Assembly: GCA_964016885.1 (NCBI GenBank)
Contig: OZ024742.1
Span: 94,302,001 to 94,366,000 of the forward strand
Source of the DNA: Eledone cirrhosa
Lineage: Eukaryota
Length of the DNA: 64,000 nt
Direction of reading: 5' to 3'
In this document: in pieces, positions 39,672 through 51,311 of the stretch
How positions within the stretch are numbered: the first letter of the stretch is position 1
Layout: each line of letters opens with the position of its first letter
Made by a program: the position numbers and the translations under genes
The notes under the pieces: model-generated
What the model was told of the DNA's origin: nothing
Database searches by the model: none
The model's input: the letters and a program-made list of their open reading frames with translations, nothing else

Positions 39672-42600
39672 ATATGAAAAAGTTTGTCCTTCATCAGTGG
39701 TCTTCCAACCGTCATAGGCATTTCATCGCTTTAAAGACCATATACCTCAGGTTGGTGCGAGCAACGGCTAAAAAAAGTCGTTGGGACACGTAAATAAAGG
39801 GGACGCTAGGGTAACAAACAAAATGTGAAATCGCAGACGAGAGAGAGAGAGAAAAAAAATTCATACCGGCTTGGCCAATAACGCGCGAGAAAAGAATTAC
39901 GGACAGGTCAAACAGGAAGAAAGAGGAGGAGGAGAAGTAGTGACAGACAATGAGTGAGTGAAGGGTGAGGAAGAGGCTAACAGAGAGAGAGACTGCTAGA
40001 AAGGGTAAAGATACAAAGAACGAAACAGACGTGTAGCAGCAGAGGAAAAAATATGTGTAAATATGACAATAATGGAGCTGCGGCGTTGCAAATGGGTTAC
40101 ATATGAAAAAGTTTGTCCTTCATCAGTGGTCTTCCAATCGTCGTAGGCATTTCATCGCTTTCCTCTTTCTTCCCGTTTGACCTGTCCGTAATTCTTTTCA
40201 CGCGCGCTCTTGGCCAAGCCGGTATGAATTTGTTTTCTCTCTCTCTCTCTCGTCTGCGATTTCACAGAACTCATGTTTACCGAATTCACAGACCAGACCC
40301 CTTCTTCATCCCGTTAGACCTGTGCGAAATTCCTTCCTTGCTCACATTTCAACCAGGTTTGATGGTCTTTATTCTCTCGTTCACGATTTCACCGAATTTA
40401 TATTCATAGAAATCTGGGACTTGTCTCTTTCTTCATCACTTTCTGTTGCTTAAACCATTTTGTTTGTTAGCCTAGCGTCCCCTTTATTTACGTGTCCCAG
40501 CGACTTTTTTAGCCGTTGCCCGCACCAACCTGAGGTATATGGTCTTTAAAGCGATGAAATGCCTATGACGTTTGGAAGACCACTGATGAAGGACAAACTT
40601 TTTCATATGTAACCCATTTGCAACGCCGCAGCTCCATTATTATCATATTTACACATATGTTTTCCTCTGCTGCTACCCATCTGTTTCGTTCTTTGTATCT
40701 TTACCCTTTCTAGCAGTCTCTTTCTCTGTTAGCCTCTTCCTCACCCTTCACTCACTCATTGTCTGTCACTACCTCTCCTCCTCCTCTTTCTTCCCGTTTG
40801 ACCTGTCCGTAATTCTTTTCTCGCGCGCTCTTGGCCAAGCCGGTATGAATTATTTTTCTCTCTCTCTCTCTCGTCTGCCCTTTCACAGAACTTATGTTTA
40901 CCGAATTCGCAGACCAGACCCCTTCTTCGTCCCGTTAGACCTGTGCGAAATTCCTTCCTTGCTCACATTTCAACCAGGTTTGATGGTCTTTATTCTCTCG
41001 TTCACGATTTCACCGAATTTATATTCATAGAAATCTGGGACTTGTCTCTTTCTTCATCACTTTCTGTTGCTTAAACCATTTTGTTTGTTAGCCTAGCGTC
41101 CCCTTTATTTACGTGTCCCAGCGACTTTTTTAGCCGTTGCCCGCACCAACCTGAGGTATATGGTCTTTAAAGCGATGAAATGCCTATGACGTTTGGAAGA
41201 CCACTGATGAAGGACAAACTTTTTCATATGTAACCCATTTGCAACGCCGCAGCTCCATTATTATCATATTTACACATATGTTTTCCTCTGCTGCTACCCA
41301 TCTGTTTCGTTCTTTGTATCTTTACCCTTTCTAGCAGTCTCTTTCTCTGTTTGCCTCTTCCTCACCCTTCACTCACTCATTGTCTGTCACTACCTCTCCT
41401 CCTCCTCTTTCTTCCCGTTTGACCTGTCCGTAATTCTTTTCTCGCGCGCTCTTGGCCAAGCCGGTATGAATTATTTTTCTCTCTCTCTCTCTCGTCTGCC
41501 CTTTCACAGAACTTATGTTTACCGAATTCGCAGACCAGACCCCTTCTTCGTCCCGTTAGACCTGTGCGAAATTCCTTCCTTGCTCACATTTCAACCAGGT
41601 TTGATGGTCTTTATTCTCTCGTTCACGATTTCACCGAATTTATATTCATAGAAATCTGGGACTTGTCTCTTTCTTCATCACTTTCTGTTGCTTAAACCAT
41701 TTTGTTTGTTAGCCTAGCGTCCCCTTTATTTACGTGTCCCAGCGACTTTTTTAGCCGTTGCCCGCACCAACCTGAGGTATATGGTCTTTAAAGCGATGAA
41801 ATGCCTATGACGTTTGGAAGACCACTGATGAAGGACAAACTTTTTCATATGTAACCCATTTGCAACGCCGCAGCTCCATTATTATCATATTTACACATAT
41901 GTTTTCCTCTGCTGCTACCCATCTGTTTCGTTCTTTGTATCTTTACCCTTTCTAGCAGTCTCTTTCTCTGTTTGCCTCTTCCTCACCCTTCACTCACTCA
42001 TTGTCTGTCACTACCTCTCCTCCTCCTCTTTCTTCCCGTTTGACCTGTCCGTAATTCTTTTCTCGCGCGCTCTTGGCCAAGCCGGTATGAATTATTTTTC
42101 TCTCTCTCTCTCTCGTCTGCCCTTTCACAGAACTTATGTTTACCGAATTCGCAGACCAGACCCCTTCTTCGTCCCGTTAGACCTGTGCGAAATTCCTTCC
42201 TTGCTCACATTTCAACCAGGTTTGATGGTCTTTATTCTCTCGTTCACGATTTCACCGAATTTATATTCATAGAAATCTGGGACTTGTCTCTTTCTTCATC
42301 ACTTTCTGTTGCTTAAACCATTTTGTTTGTTAGCCTAGCGTCCCCTTTATTTACGTGTCCCAGCGACTTTTTTAGCCGTTGCCCGCACCAACCTGAGGTA
42401 TATGGTCTTTAAAGCGATGAAATGCCTATGACGTTTGGAAGACCACTGATGAAGGACAAACTTTTTCATATGTAACCCATTTGCAACGCCGCAGCTCCAT
42501 TATTATCATATTTACACATATGTTTTCCTCTGCTGCTACCCATCTGTTTCGTTCTTTGTATCTTTACCCTTTCTAGCAGTCTCTTTCTCTGTTTGCCTCT

Positions 42601-43126
42601 TCCTCACCCTTCACTCACTCATTGTCTGTCACTACCTCTCCTCCTCCTCTTTCTTCCCGTTTGACCTGTCCGTAATTCTTTTCTCGCGCGCTCTTGGCCA
42701 AGCCGGTATGAATTATTTTTCTCTCTCTCTCTCTCGTCTGCCCTTTCACAGAACTTATGTTTACCGAATTCGCAGACCAGACCCCTTCTTCGTCCCGTTA
42801 GACCTGTGCGAAATTCCTTCCTTGCTCACATTTCAACCAGGTTTGATGGTCTTTATTCTCTCGTTCACGATTTCACCGAATTTATATTCATAGAAATCTG
42901 GGACTTGTCTCTTTCTTCATCACTTTCTGTTGCTTAAACCATTTTGTTTGTTACCCTAGCGTCCCCTTTATTTACGTGTCCCAACGACTTTTTTTAGCCG
43001 TTGCTCGCACCAACCGGAGGTATATGGTCTTTAAAGCGATGAAATTCCTATGACGGTTGGAAGACCACTGATGAAGGAAAAACTTTTTCATATGTAACCC
43101 ATTTGCAACGCCGCAGCTCCATTATT

Positions 43127-43130
<4 letters not shown>
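39672..43130 (+). repeat. 621-bp head-to-tail array (~4.8 copies, 40161-43130) preceded by an inverted, rearranged partial copy (39672-40160); flanked by (TA)n
   Basis: Identical spurious ORFs start at 40845, 41466, 42087 and 42708 (period 621). The inverted copy begins tgaaaaagtttgtccttcatcagtggtcttcc. TA runs lie at 39650-39674 and 43130-43185. Confidence 0.96.
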
Positions 43131-43187
<57 letters not shown>

Positions 43188-43232
43188 TCATCATCATTCG
43201 TCGACCATATATATATATATACACAACCATTA

Positions 43233-43635
43233 GCTGATTTGACAGATGTCTTTAACCCATTGGTATCTAACATTATTTGGTTAGTTGTTCGTGTGTATGT
43301 GTAAGGATATATATATGCGCGTGTGTGTGTCTGTGTTTATACATGTATATTTGCATGCATGAATGAATACACTAAGCTTTATATTTAGTAGAATGTACAA
43401 CCACTGATTCCAGCTATTCGCACTATCATATATTTTGGTTTCTATTAATTCCCTTGGCAATTTGTTGATCAAATGCTTTGCTTAGTTGTTTTACTTATTT
43501 ATTTTTTAATTTAATCTTTCTCTTAGACTTCAGGTATTTTTTGAAAACTAAGTATTGACCGCTAAAATACTACAGTGGGCCCTGCAATGCTACGGTGGGC
43601 CCCCTGGGGACCACTTGCCATTAGGCAACCTGGCA
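43233..43635 (+). repeat. Dispersed repeat, second copy at ~48905-49350
   Basis: ctgatttgacagatgtctttaacccattggta...gggccc..cacttgccatt.ggcaacctggc is shared by both copies. Confidence 0.8.
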
Positions 43636-44207
43636 ACCTCACCAGTCCACCACTGTATATATATATATTATTTGTTATATATATATATATAGACAGTTCA
43701 AGAGTAAACCAATCTTACATAGAGAGATAGAAGTAGGATAGGAGACATTGGTTACGGTGTTAGAAGCCATAGCTTAAAAGCGGGTGCTCAATGTGCAATA
43801 TGCAGTGGAAAGCAGTTTGAAAACTGAATTCATGCTGGGGTTAAGTGTACAGAGCTGGAAATATTCAGTAGTTCAGCAAAACAAGACCACAAATTCACAT
43901 AGAAGACATTAGTCACAGAGTATCAACATTAAGTGTAGTTTAATATAGAAAGTGGATAGTAATGTCAGTTTACAATTGTTTCACTACTCCATATAATGTT
44001 TTTGGACCAATCAATGGTAAGAGAGTTATTGAGTTGGTGCAGAGAAATATAAGTAACATAGAATAATATTATGGAGCAGATCTTCGGAACTTGGGGAAAG
44101 ATAATGAGATTATTACTATATATAAAGCAGAAATCAAAATAAAGATGAAATAAAAATAAAAAATAAAATGGGAGTGTTACGTGTCCGTAAAGAATCCTCA
44201 GATTAGC

Positions 44208-45306
44208 AACTCCCCAGATGGGGCACCTTGGCACTGAAGAATTTCATGTATGGTATAATTCTCCAGTGGAAATTCTCTGTGGAAATTCTCCAGTGCCAAG
44301 GTGCCCCATCTGGGAGGTTGCAAACAGATAAATAAATAAGATAAAGTAAAATGAAGAAATAAAATAAATAAGAGACAATAAAATGAAGAAATAAAAAAAT
44401 AAAATAATAGAAGAATAAAATAAAATGCGTGTGTGTTATAACCAATATCAAAGTTTGAAAGATTTGGAAAATATTGACTGAAGTAGAAAGGCTGTGTCCC
44501 TCAAGCTATAGGGACTTCTCCGGGGCATGTAGAGACCTCAGGGCCGGGACCTTCCTCAAGCTATATGGACAATAAAAACACATTGGGATGGGAACTTCCC
44601 TCAAGCTATATGGACAATAACAACACATTGGGATGGGAACTTCCCTCAAGCTATATGGACAGTAACCCCGCCACACCGAGCCCCCACGGTAAACCACGCC
44701 CTACACAATCACCACCCCTACCCCTGCCTCGCTCGACTCCTATGGCAACACATACTTATGCATATGTCCATACATAGATACTGTTGTTTAAGATTGTACA
44801 TGCACAGATACTTACATGTCTGTGTGTGTGTGTGCATGTGTATGTGTGTGTTTATATATATATATGGGTGTGTGTGTGTATGTGTGTGTGTATATGTGTG
44901 CATACGGGATGCACCTGGGCCTGTGTTTGTGCGTGTGTGCTTGCAAGGATGTGAGTTGACATACACGCATATGTACTCTATGCCGAAATAAGAACTGTAG
45001 TCCTCTGAATTTCCGGATTTTGACACTCGGGTTCTGGTGTTTTACACTCCACCATTGTCTCATTTGCTCTTAAAACGCACCACACCATGATAGTGTAAGG
45101 ATTGTAATCCTTTGCACTTCTCGATTCTGACACACACCATTTCTATTTCAGTCAATATCTTCCAAATCTTTCAAAGTTTGATATTGGTTGTCACACACGC
45201 ATTTTATTTTATTCTTCTATTATTTTATTTTTTTTATTTCTTCATTTTATTGTCTCTTATTTTTTATTTCTTCATTTTACTTTATCTTATTTATTTATCT
45301 GTTTGC
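44208..45306. repeat. Nested fold-backs: hairpin 44208-44320, inverted arms 44320-44490 / 45137-45306, and a 45-bp minisatellite at ~44550-44660
   Basis: cccagatggggcaccttggcactg / cagtgccaaggtgccccatctggg; gcaaacagataaataaataag... / ...cttatttatttatctgtttgc; repeated cctcaagctatatggaca. Confidence 0.85.
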
Positions 45307-45460
45307 CCCCCACCCCCACCACCACCACGTGAAATGTGACAGGATAGATGCCAACCCACACACAGGGAAATAACAACCCAACCAGGAGCTGGACATATCG
45401 GAGTATTGACGGAGTAAAACACTTCAACAATGTGTACCTGTTTCTACCACACCAATTCGG

Positions 45461-45515
45461 ACTGCCTGAAGAGGTCACAGCCAGTGATGGCTGTCACTGA
45501 AATATATATCGCAGT
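45461..45515 (+). ncRNA. Type I hammerhead ribozyme motif, intact core
   Basis: actgc CTGAAGA ggtcacagcca gtga tggctgtcact GAAA tatata TC gcagt. 5-bp stem I, long stem II with a GUGA (GNRA) loop, palindromic stem III, AUC site. Confidence 0.87.
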
Positions 45516-45661
45516 ACATCTTTAATAAACGAAGCCAAATTTTAAATATTTGACTTAATTATTTTATTTTACATTACTCCGGAGTAATCAAACCAACCTG
45601 CGTACTTCGTCGAGTGCTCCAATCTGCATACTGAGGTGTCGGTAAACAACCAACATATACT

Positions 45662-45704
<43 letters not shown>

Positions 45705-45711
45705 GTTTGTT

Positions 45712-46190
45712 AAAATAATCAAATTAAATTAATTCAACAGTTAAACACACATAGGAACAATAGGTTGTTACCAAAGAGCAGAAGATTGACAAGTCGACCC
45801 TAAATATGACTATTAGCTCTAGGAAAGCTATGAACGACAGCACATCTTTTAAACTTTTATTTTGATAGTTTTATAATTATTTATTTTCATTATACTTTTG
45901 TAGATGTCTAGGTGGCCTAGTTGGAGGAATCCTAGACAGTGGTGATCCTGGTCGGGAGTAGGATTCCCCGTAAACAGTTTCATTTTTTTTCTATGGGATG
46001 TAAACTAAAAACTGAAAAATGATTATATGCACCTCTCGACCAGGATTGAAACCAAGACCAGGATCTCCACCGTTTCTAGTACCTACCACTAGTACACTGA
46101 GAAAGCTACTAAAATCAACTGAAAATTAATACTTATAAACCTACTTTCAAAATTTTCTATGCAAAATGATGTGGTGTCGTTCAAGTCTTT
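45712..46190. repeat. Repeat unit with two convergent tRNA-like segments; second copy at ~48300-48900
   Basis: aaataatcaaattaaattaattca...gatgtggtgtcgttca occurs twice. Inside, tggcctagttgg..gatcctggtc..ggattcccc (+) faces tagtggtagg..gatcctggtc..ttcaatcc (-). Confidence 0.75.
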
Positions 46191-46774
46191 CTTAATGTTA
46201 TTGCTCTTACTTGAGGTCAATTACTTAATCATTTGGCTGTTCCATAAACTTCGTCCTCATTTTGTTTCTCATCTATCTAGACTGTATTTTAATAGGATCT
46301 AAAAACTAAAAATTAAAGATATAAAATTAAAATCAAATGTTGGAGTAAGTTTTATTCCATCTTTCTTACTCAAAATTTGGCTGGAGAATGAGTTCTTGGT
46401 CGTAGTGAAAATAGCAGCAGCTGTGTTTCTTCACAGAACAAAGTTGTTTTTTGGAAACATCTTGTAAATATGTATATGTATCTGTTTGTGTTAATTGACT
46501 GATCAACAGTTTAAAAGAGGATGGGGAATTATAAGCTGGAGGTAAGTTATATGGCAGCAGCAGGAGTGTAAGAGAAATACTATTATTGGAATGTGGTTTT
46601 AGGGAGTGTGTCTATATATATATATATATAGTGTGAGGGTGTATATATAACAATACACACACGTGTGTGTGGGGGGGGGGTTCAGCCTGTCTGACACATA
46701 TCCCTCTGTGGTGGGAAATTAAGAAAAATATTTTCTTCAAAATTCAAAAATATTTTTCAAAACTTAAAAGTTCC

Positions 46775-46861
<87 letters not shown>

Positions 46862-46869
46862 CTGTGTAA

Positions 46870-48282
46870 AAGGTAAACATAAATAACAACACAATCGGTA
46901 CAGTATATGGAAAGGATATATTAGTTTAACGCTTGATATAGCAGGGAGAGGGTCTTAAATCTTTCGGACGCTAATCCTTCACCAGAAGAAAGAATGAGAA
47001 ATAAGATAGATTCAGGGAACGGGTGGGTTGGAATTGGAAAATATGTCTTTAGATAAAAATAACAGGTCCATTCCTGTTGGCATCTCTAGCAAAACTGTTG
47101 GTGCTGGCGTTTTGTGTATGATTTATTTTTTAGAAAAGTGGATGATGGAGCGCGTCTACCTGAAATGAAAAAAAAAAAACCTTTTGTAAAAAGAGCTATA
47201 CTTGTGCACGTGCGTAAGCATGTGTGTGTGTGCTTGCGTGTTATTATACGTCCGTACGAAGCTAAGAAGAAATGTGTGTGTATATGTGAGTAAAAGAGTG
47301 TGTGCATGTATGTATGAAGCTATGAGGAAAAGTATGTTAATATAAGGGTGGTTCTGTATATACAGAGCAGTGAAGGGAAAAGTGGAGTGAGCATATATAG
47401 TCGGCCTGTATTAGTTGTAAGAGAAGATGTTAATGATCAAGAGAAAGCGATAGGAATCCCGGGGTGTGATAATGGACGGGGTATTAGATAAATTGGGGAG
47501 GTGAGTTGAGTCCAAGAGGGGAATAAGACCCAATGCGGTGAATCAGACTTTGTTCAGTCCTGGTGCGTGAGGCCCCTGATCCATGATGTAAAAAGACACC
47601 CAGGACTCAATCATGTAGGGAAGAATGACCAGGAGAACGGAAACGACGGGCGACAGGAGTATCCAAACCGAGTCGTATATCCCTCAAATGCTCGGCAAAA
47701 CGGTCCGCCATACGGCGTCCCGTTTGTCCGATATACAAAGACCTGCAAATGAAACACCGGAGGGCATAGACAACGTGGGTGGATGTGCAGGTGAAAGAGG
47801 GGCGTATACGGAAAGACCCGTTAAGGCCTATAAGAGTGGTGGTGGTGGAAATGAAAGGACAAGTGTTGCAGCGGGAACGGGAACAAGGATGAGAGCCGGG
47901 TGGAGTCGTGGGAGAGGACGAGAAGGAAGTGCGAACCAGGAGGTCACGGAGGTTGCGGGCGCGCTTAAAAGCAGTAATGGGTGGGGTTGAAAAAAAGCGA
48001 GATGTGATGGGTTCAGAAGAGAGGATGCGGAAGGAACGGAGGATATGTCACCGGAGTGGTAGGGTGATGTGGTGGTAGTTGAGAGGGAAAAGAACGCGGG
48101 TGTTGGGAGGGCGGAGTGAGGTGAGAGGACTGTGGTGCGGTCTGTTTCCTGGGCGCGGGTGAGAGCAGCTTTGATCAGGGTGGGGGCATATCCACGCTGG
48201 ATGAAGCAGGAAGCCATGCGAAGGGAATGGGTTTGGAAATCGCCGTCCTGGTTACAGAGCCGACGAAGACAGAGGAATTGTG
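46870..48282 (-). mobile_element. 3' fragment of another Penelope-like element (thumb, GIY-YIG, 3' region)
   Basis: SQFLCLRRLC..FIQRGY; FTCTSTHVVYALRCFICRSLYIGQTGRRMADRFAEHLRDIR; PLGLN. A degenerate hammerhead (CTGGTGA agga..tcc GAAA) lies at ~46950-46990. Confidence 0.87.
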
Positions 48283-48404
48283 AATAATATATATATATAT
48301 AAATAATCAAATTAAATTAATTCAGCAGTTAAACACACATAGGAATAATAAGGTTGTTAACAAAGAGCAGCGAGATTGACAAGTCGACCCTAAATATGAA
48401 TAAT

Positions 48405-48509
48405 TGTTTCTACTTTTGGCACAAGGCCAGCAATTACTCAGTACATTACTGGTACTTTATTTTATCGACCCCGTAAGGATGAAAGGCAAAGTTAACCTCG
48501 GCGGGATTT
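48405..48509 (-). mobile_element. 5'-truncated SINE with 19-bp target-site duplication
   Basis: gaccctaaatatgaataat at 48386-48404 and 48510-48528 flanks the SINE. The empty site is preserved in the paralogous unit at ~45796. Confidence 0.92.
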
Positions 48510-48975
48510 GACCCTAAATATGAATAATAGCTCTCGGAAAACCATGAACGATACCACGACTTTTTAACTTTGATTTTGAAAGTAGTTTTATAATTATTAA
48601 TTTTCATTATACTTATGTAGCTGTCTCAGTAGCCTAGTTGGAGGAATCATAGACGGTGGTGATCCTGGTCGGGAGTAGGATTCCCCATAAATATTTTCAC
48701 TTTTTTTTTCTATGGGATGTAAAATAAAAACTGAGAATGATTATATGCACCTCTCGACCAGGATTGAACCCAAGACCAGGATCTCAACCGTCTTTAGTAC
48801 CTACCACTAGTTAAATGAGACAGCTACTAAAATCAACTGAAAATTCATACTTATAAACCTACTTTCAAAATTTTCTATGCAAAATGATGTGGTGTCGTTC
48901 ATGTCTGATTTGACAGATGTCTTTAACCCATTGGTACCTAACATTATTTGGTCAGTTGTTCGTGTGTATGTGTAA

Positions 48976-49012
<37 letters not shown>

Positions 49013-49937
49013 GTACTTGTGTGTGTGTGTCTATATATGTATGTTTGCATGCATGAATGAATACACTAAGCTTTATATTTAGTAGAATGTACAAGCAATG
49101 ATTCTAGCTAGTCGCACTATCATATATTTTGGTTTCTATTAATTCCCTTGGCATTTGGTTGATCAAATGCATTGCTTAATTGTTTTATTTATTAAAAAAA
49201 AAATTATTCTTTCTTTTAGACTTCAGGTATTTTTTGAAAACGAAGCATTGGCCTCTAAAATACTACAGTGGGCACTGCAATACTATTATGGGCCCCTGCT
49301 CTGCTACCGCGGGTCCCCTGGCGCCCACTTGCCATTCGGCAACCTGGCCTATTCTTCCACAGAATGGGAATAAAAATGGGCTTATAAATTATTTGCAGTT
49401 GCTCCTATGTAACTCGAAGTGTTGAGACTTCAAACTTGCGTACAAAATTATTTCAAAGACAACTGTCTCTAAGAGGCAAGAAACAGAGGTCTTAAAATTG
49501 CAATGATGCCATCAGGGCACCCATGAATATATCCCAGATTTTACTGAATTGTATGAAATAGAATATTGTCATCAAGATGCAAATTTTCCCATGCTTACAC
49601 CCTCAGTTAATGTCAGTGACCTATGATCATCTCTTTATGACACAAACCTACCAATGGAGTAGTTTAACAGTCTCACTTTACACACAATTCCCCATGTTAT
49701 ATTTCACTTGTTTTCCAATGCATCTGATGAGATATGGTTACATCCTGAAACTGCTGATAATGTTGAGTTAAGGGAAACTTTAATATAAATTCTCTTCCAT
49801 AATATATGTTGATTGTTTTTTTTTTTCTTATTTGTACTTATATACATATATTTATATATATACACACACAAACATATATATTTCTGTATGTACATACATA
49901 TATAGGTATTATCATAGAAGAACAGTAGGGAAATTTT

Positions 49938-50525
49938 ATTTTCCTCAGTTTTTTCGTATGCTATCAACTAATCTAATCTCCAAGATGCTGGCAATCAAAG
50001 TTTTCCTGCAGAAGGGAGTGGGTGATTGGGTCTGCCCCGGATAACCCCCCTCGGAGTTTTCCCTACGATTTTTCTTTTGTATTTTTTATCAAGAAATAGA
50101 ACTTCCAAACTAGTGTATTATTCTGGACCTCTTAGATGCATGCAATAGAATTTGTTCCCGCATTATCGTTAGGGTTAAGATTTTCTTTTTGCCTGGCAAA
50201 AAGTCGATTGCAAACATCTAAAAGGTCCAGAAAAAACAAAAAAATATAATTATTTCTCCCCAAGCACCAAAGGTGTGTAGATCTGGGGAACTCCGATAGT
50301 CTTTTCGCTTCATTTCACCCTACTTTTTCTATAAATCTAGTCATTTCCAAATGGTTTGGAAGTCATATTCGTTGATAACACAGAAAAAGAATTGTAGATA
50401 AAACTCCAAGGAGGGGTTTTATCCGGGGAGATCTACTCCATCTCCTCCGTTCTCTGTAGAAAATGTTGATTGCCAGTATCTTGAAGGTTAGATTGTTTGA
50501 TACTACATAAAAAAAACGAGGAAAA
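49938..50525. repeat. Old inverted-repeat (MITE-like or fold-back) element
   Basis: ttttcctc..tatcaactaatctaatctccaagatgctggcaatcaa..ccccggataa versus ttatccgggg..ttgattgccagtatcttgaaggttagatt..gaggaaaa. Confidence 0.65.
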
Positions 50526-51311
50526 AACCTTTCCTCACTGAAATCAATTGGGGTGTTCTATAAACTCACACATATATATGAGTGTATATGTATATATATG
50601 CACATGCATTAACACCTTAGTGCATGAAACTGCACTGCCAGAAATTTGGCTGACAAGGTAATGATGCCTTTCTCTATTCATGTTATGTAATGTGTGCATT
50701 TTCTGTTGATACTATATTCATATATATCTGCACCAATAACACCAATTTTGATAAACTATATAGTCACACTCCTAGACCCTGTCTTCCTCTATTTCTTCTT
50801 CGTTGTTTTTTCCTTTCTCTCCCTCCCTCTCTGCTTTCCTCCCCTCATCACTCCAACTCTCTTGCTTGTCTACTGCTGCTATTTCCTGTTAGGCCATAGA
50901 TTTGGCCTTTCAACCCATAGCACTGTTGGGCAACTGGGATAAGTTTTTGACTTGATATTTTATCGACAAAACTCATTTTCGCTGCTTCTGTCCTCTTGTG
51001 TAGCACAATCTGTTGTCCATTCAATTCTAGTTATAAATTCTCAAGTATGTATCCCTCTTGTCATTAGACATCTGTAAATTTTCTTGTCTATTTTTTTTGT
51101 ATTGTTATCTCACATGAATCACACTAACAGAGCGGGCTCTAATCTATTGGGCAAACTTACATTACAATTGCAGTACCATCTTAATATGTGAAACTATACA
51201 ATCAGCAAGGTGGCAGATGATGTACTGATGCATTTGCATGTCCTTGTTGTGTAAATGTGTGCACTTTTTGCTGATATATATATATCTATATATATATATA
51301 TCAGCATATAT

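Noticed and set aside
40161-43130. CRISPR-like array or repeated 61-aa gene
   Set aside because: Units are full-length near-identical 621-bp copies with no unique spacers, the ORF includes a CT microsatellite, and the context is eukaryotic.
44500-44660. CRISPR-like short repeats (cctcaagctatatggaca)
   Set aside because: The intervening sequences are also repeated, so this is a 45-bp minisatellite.
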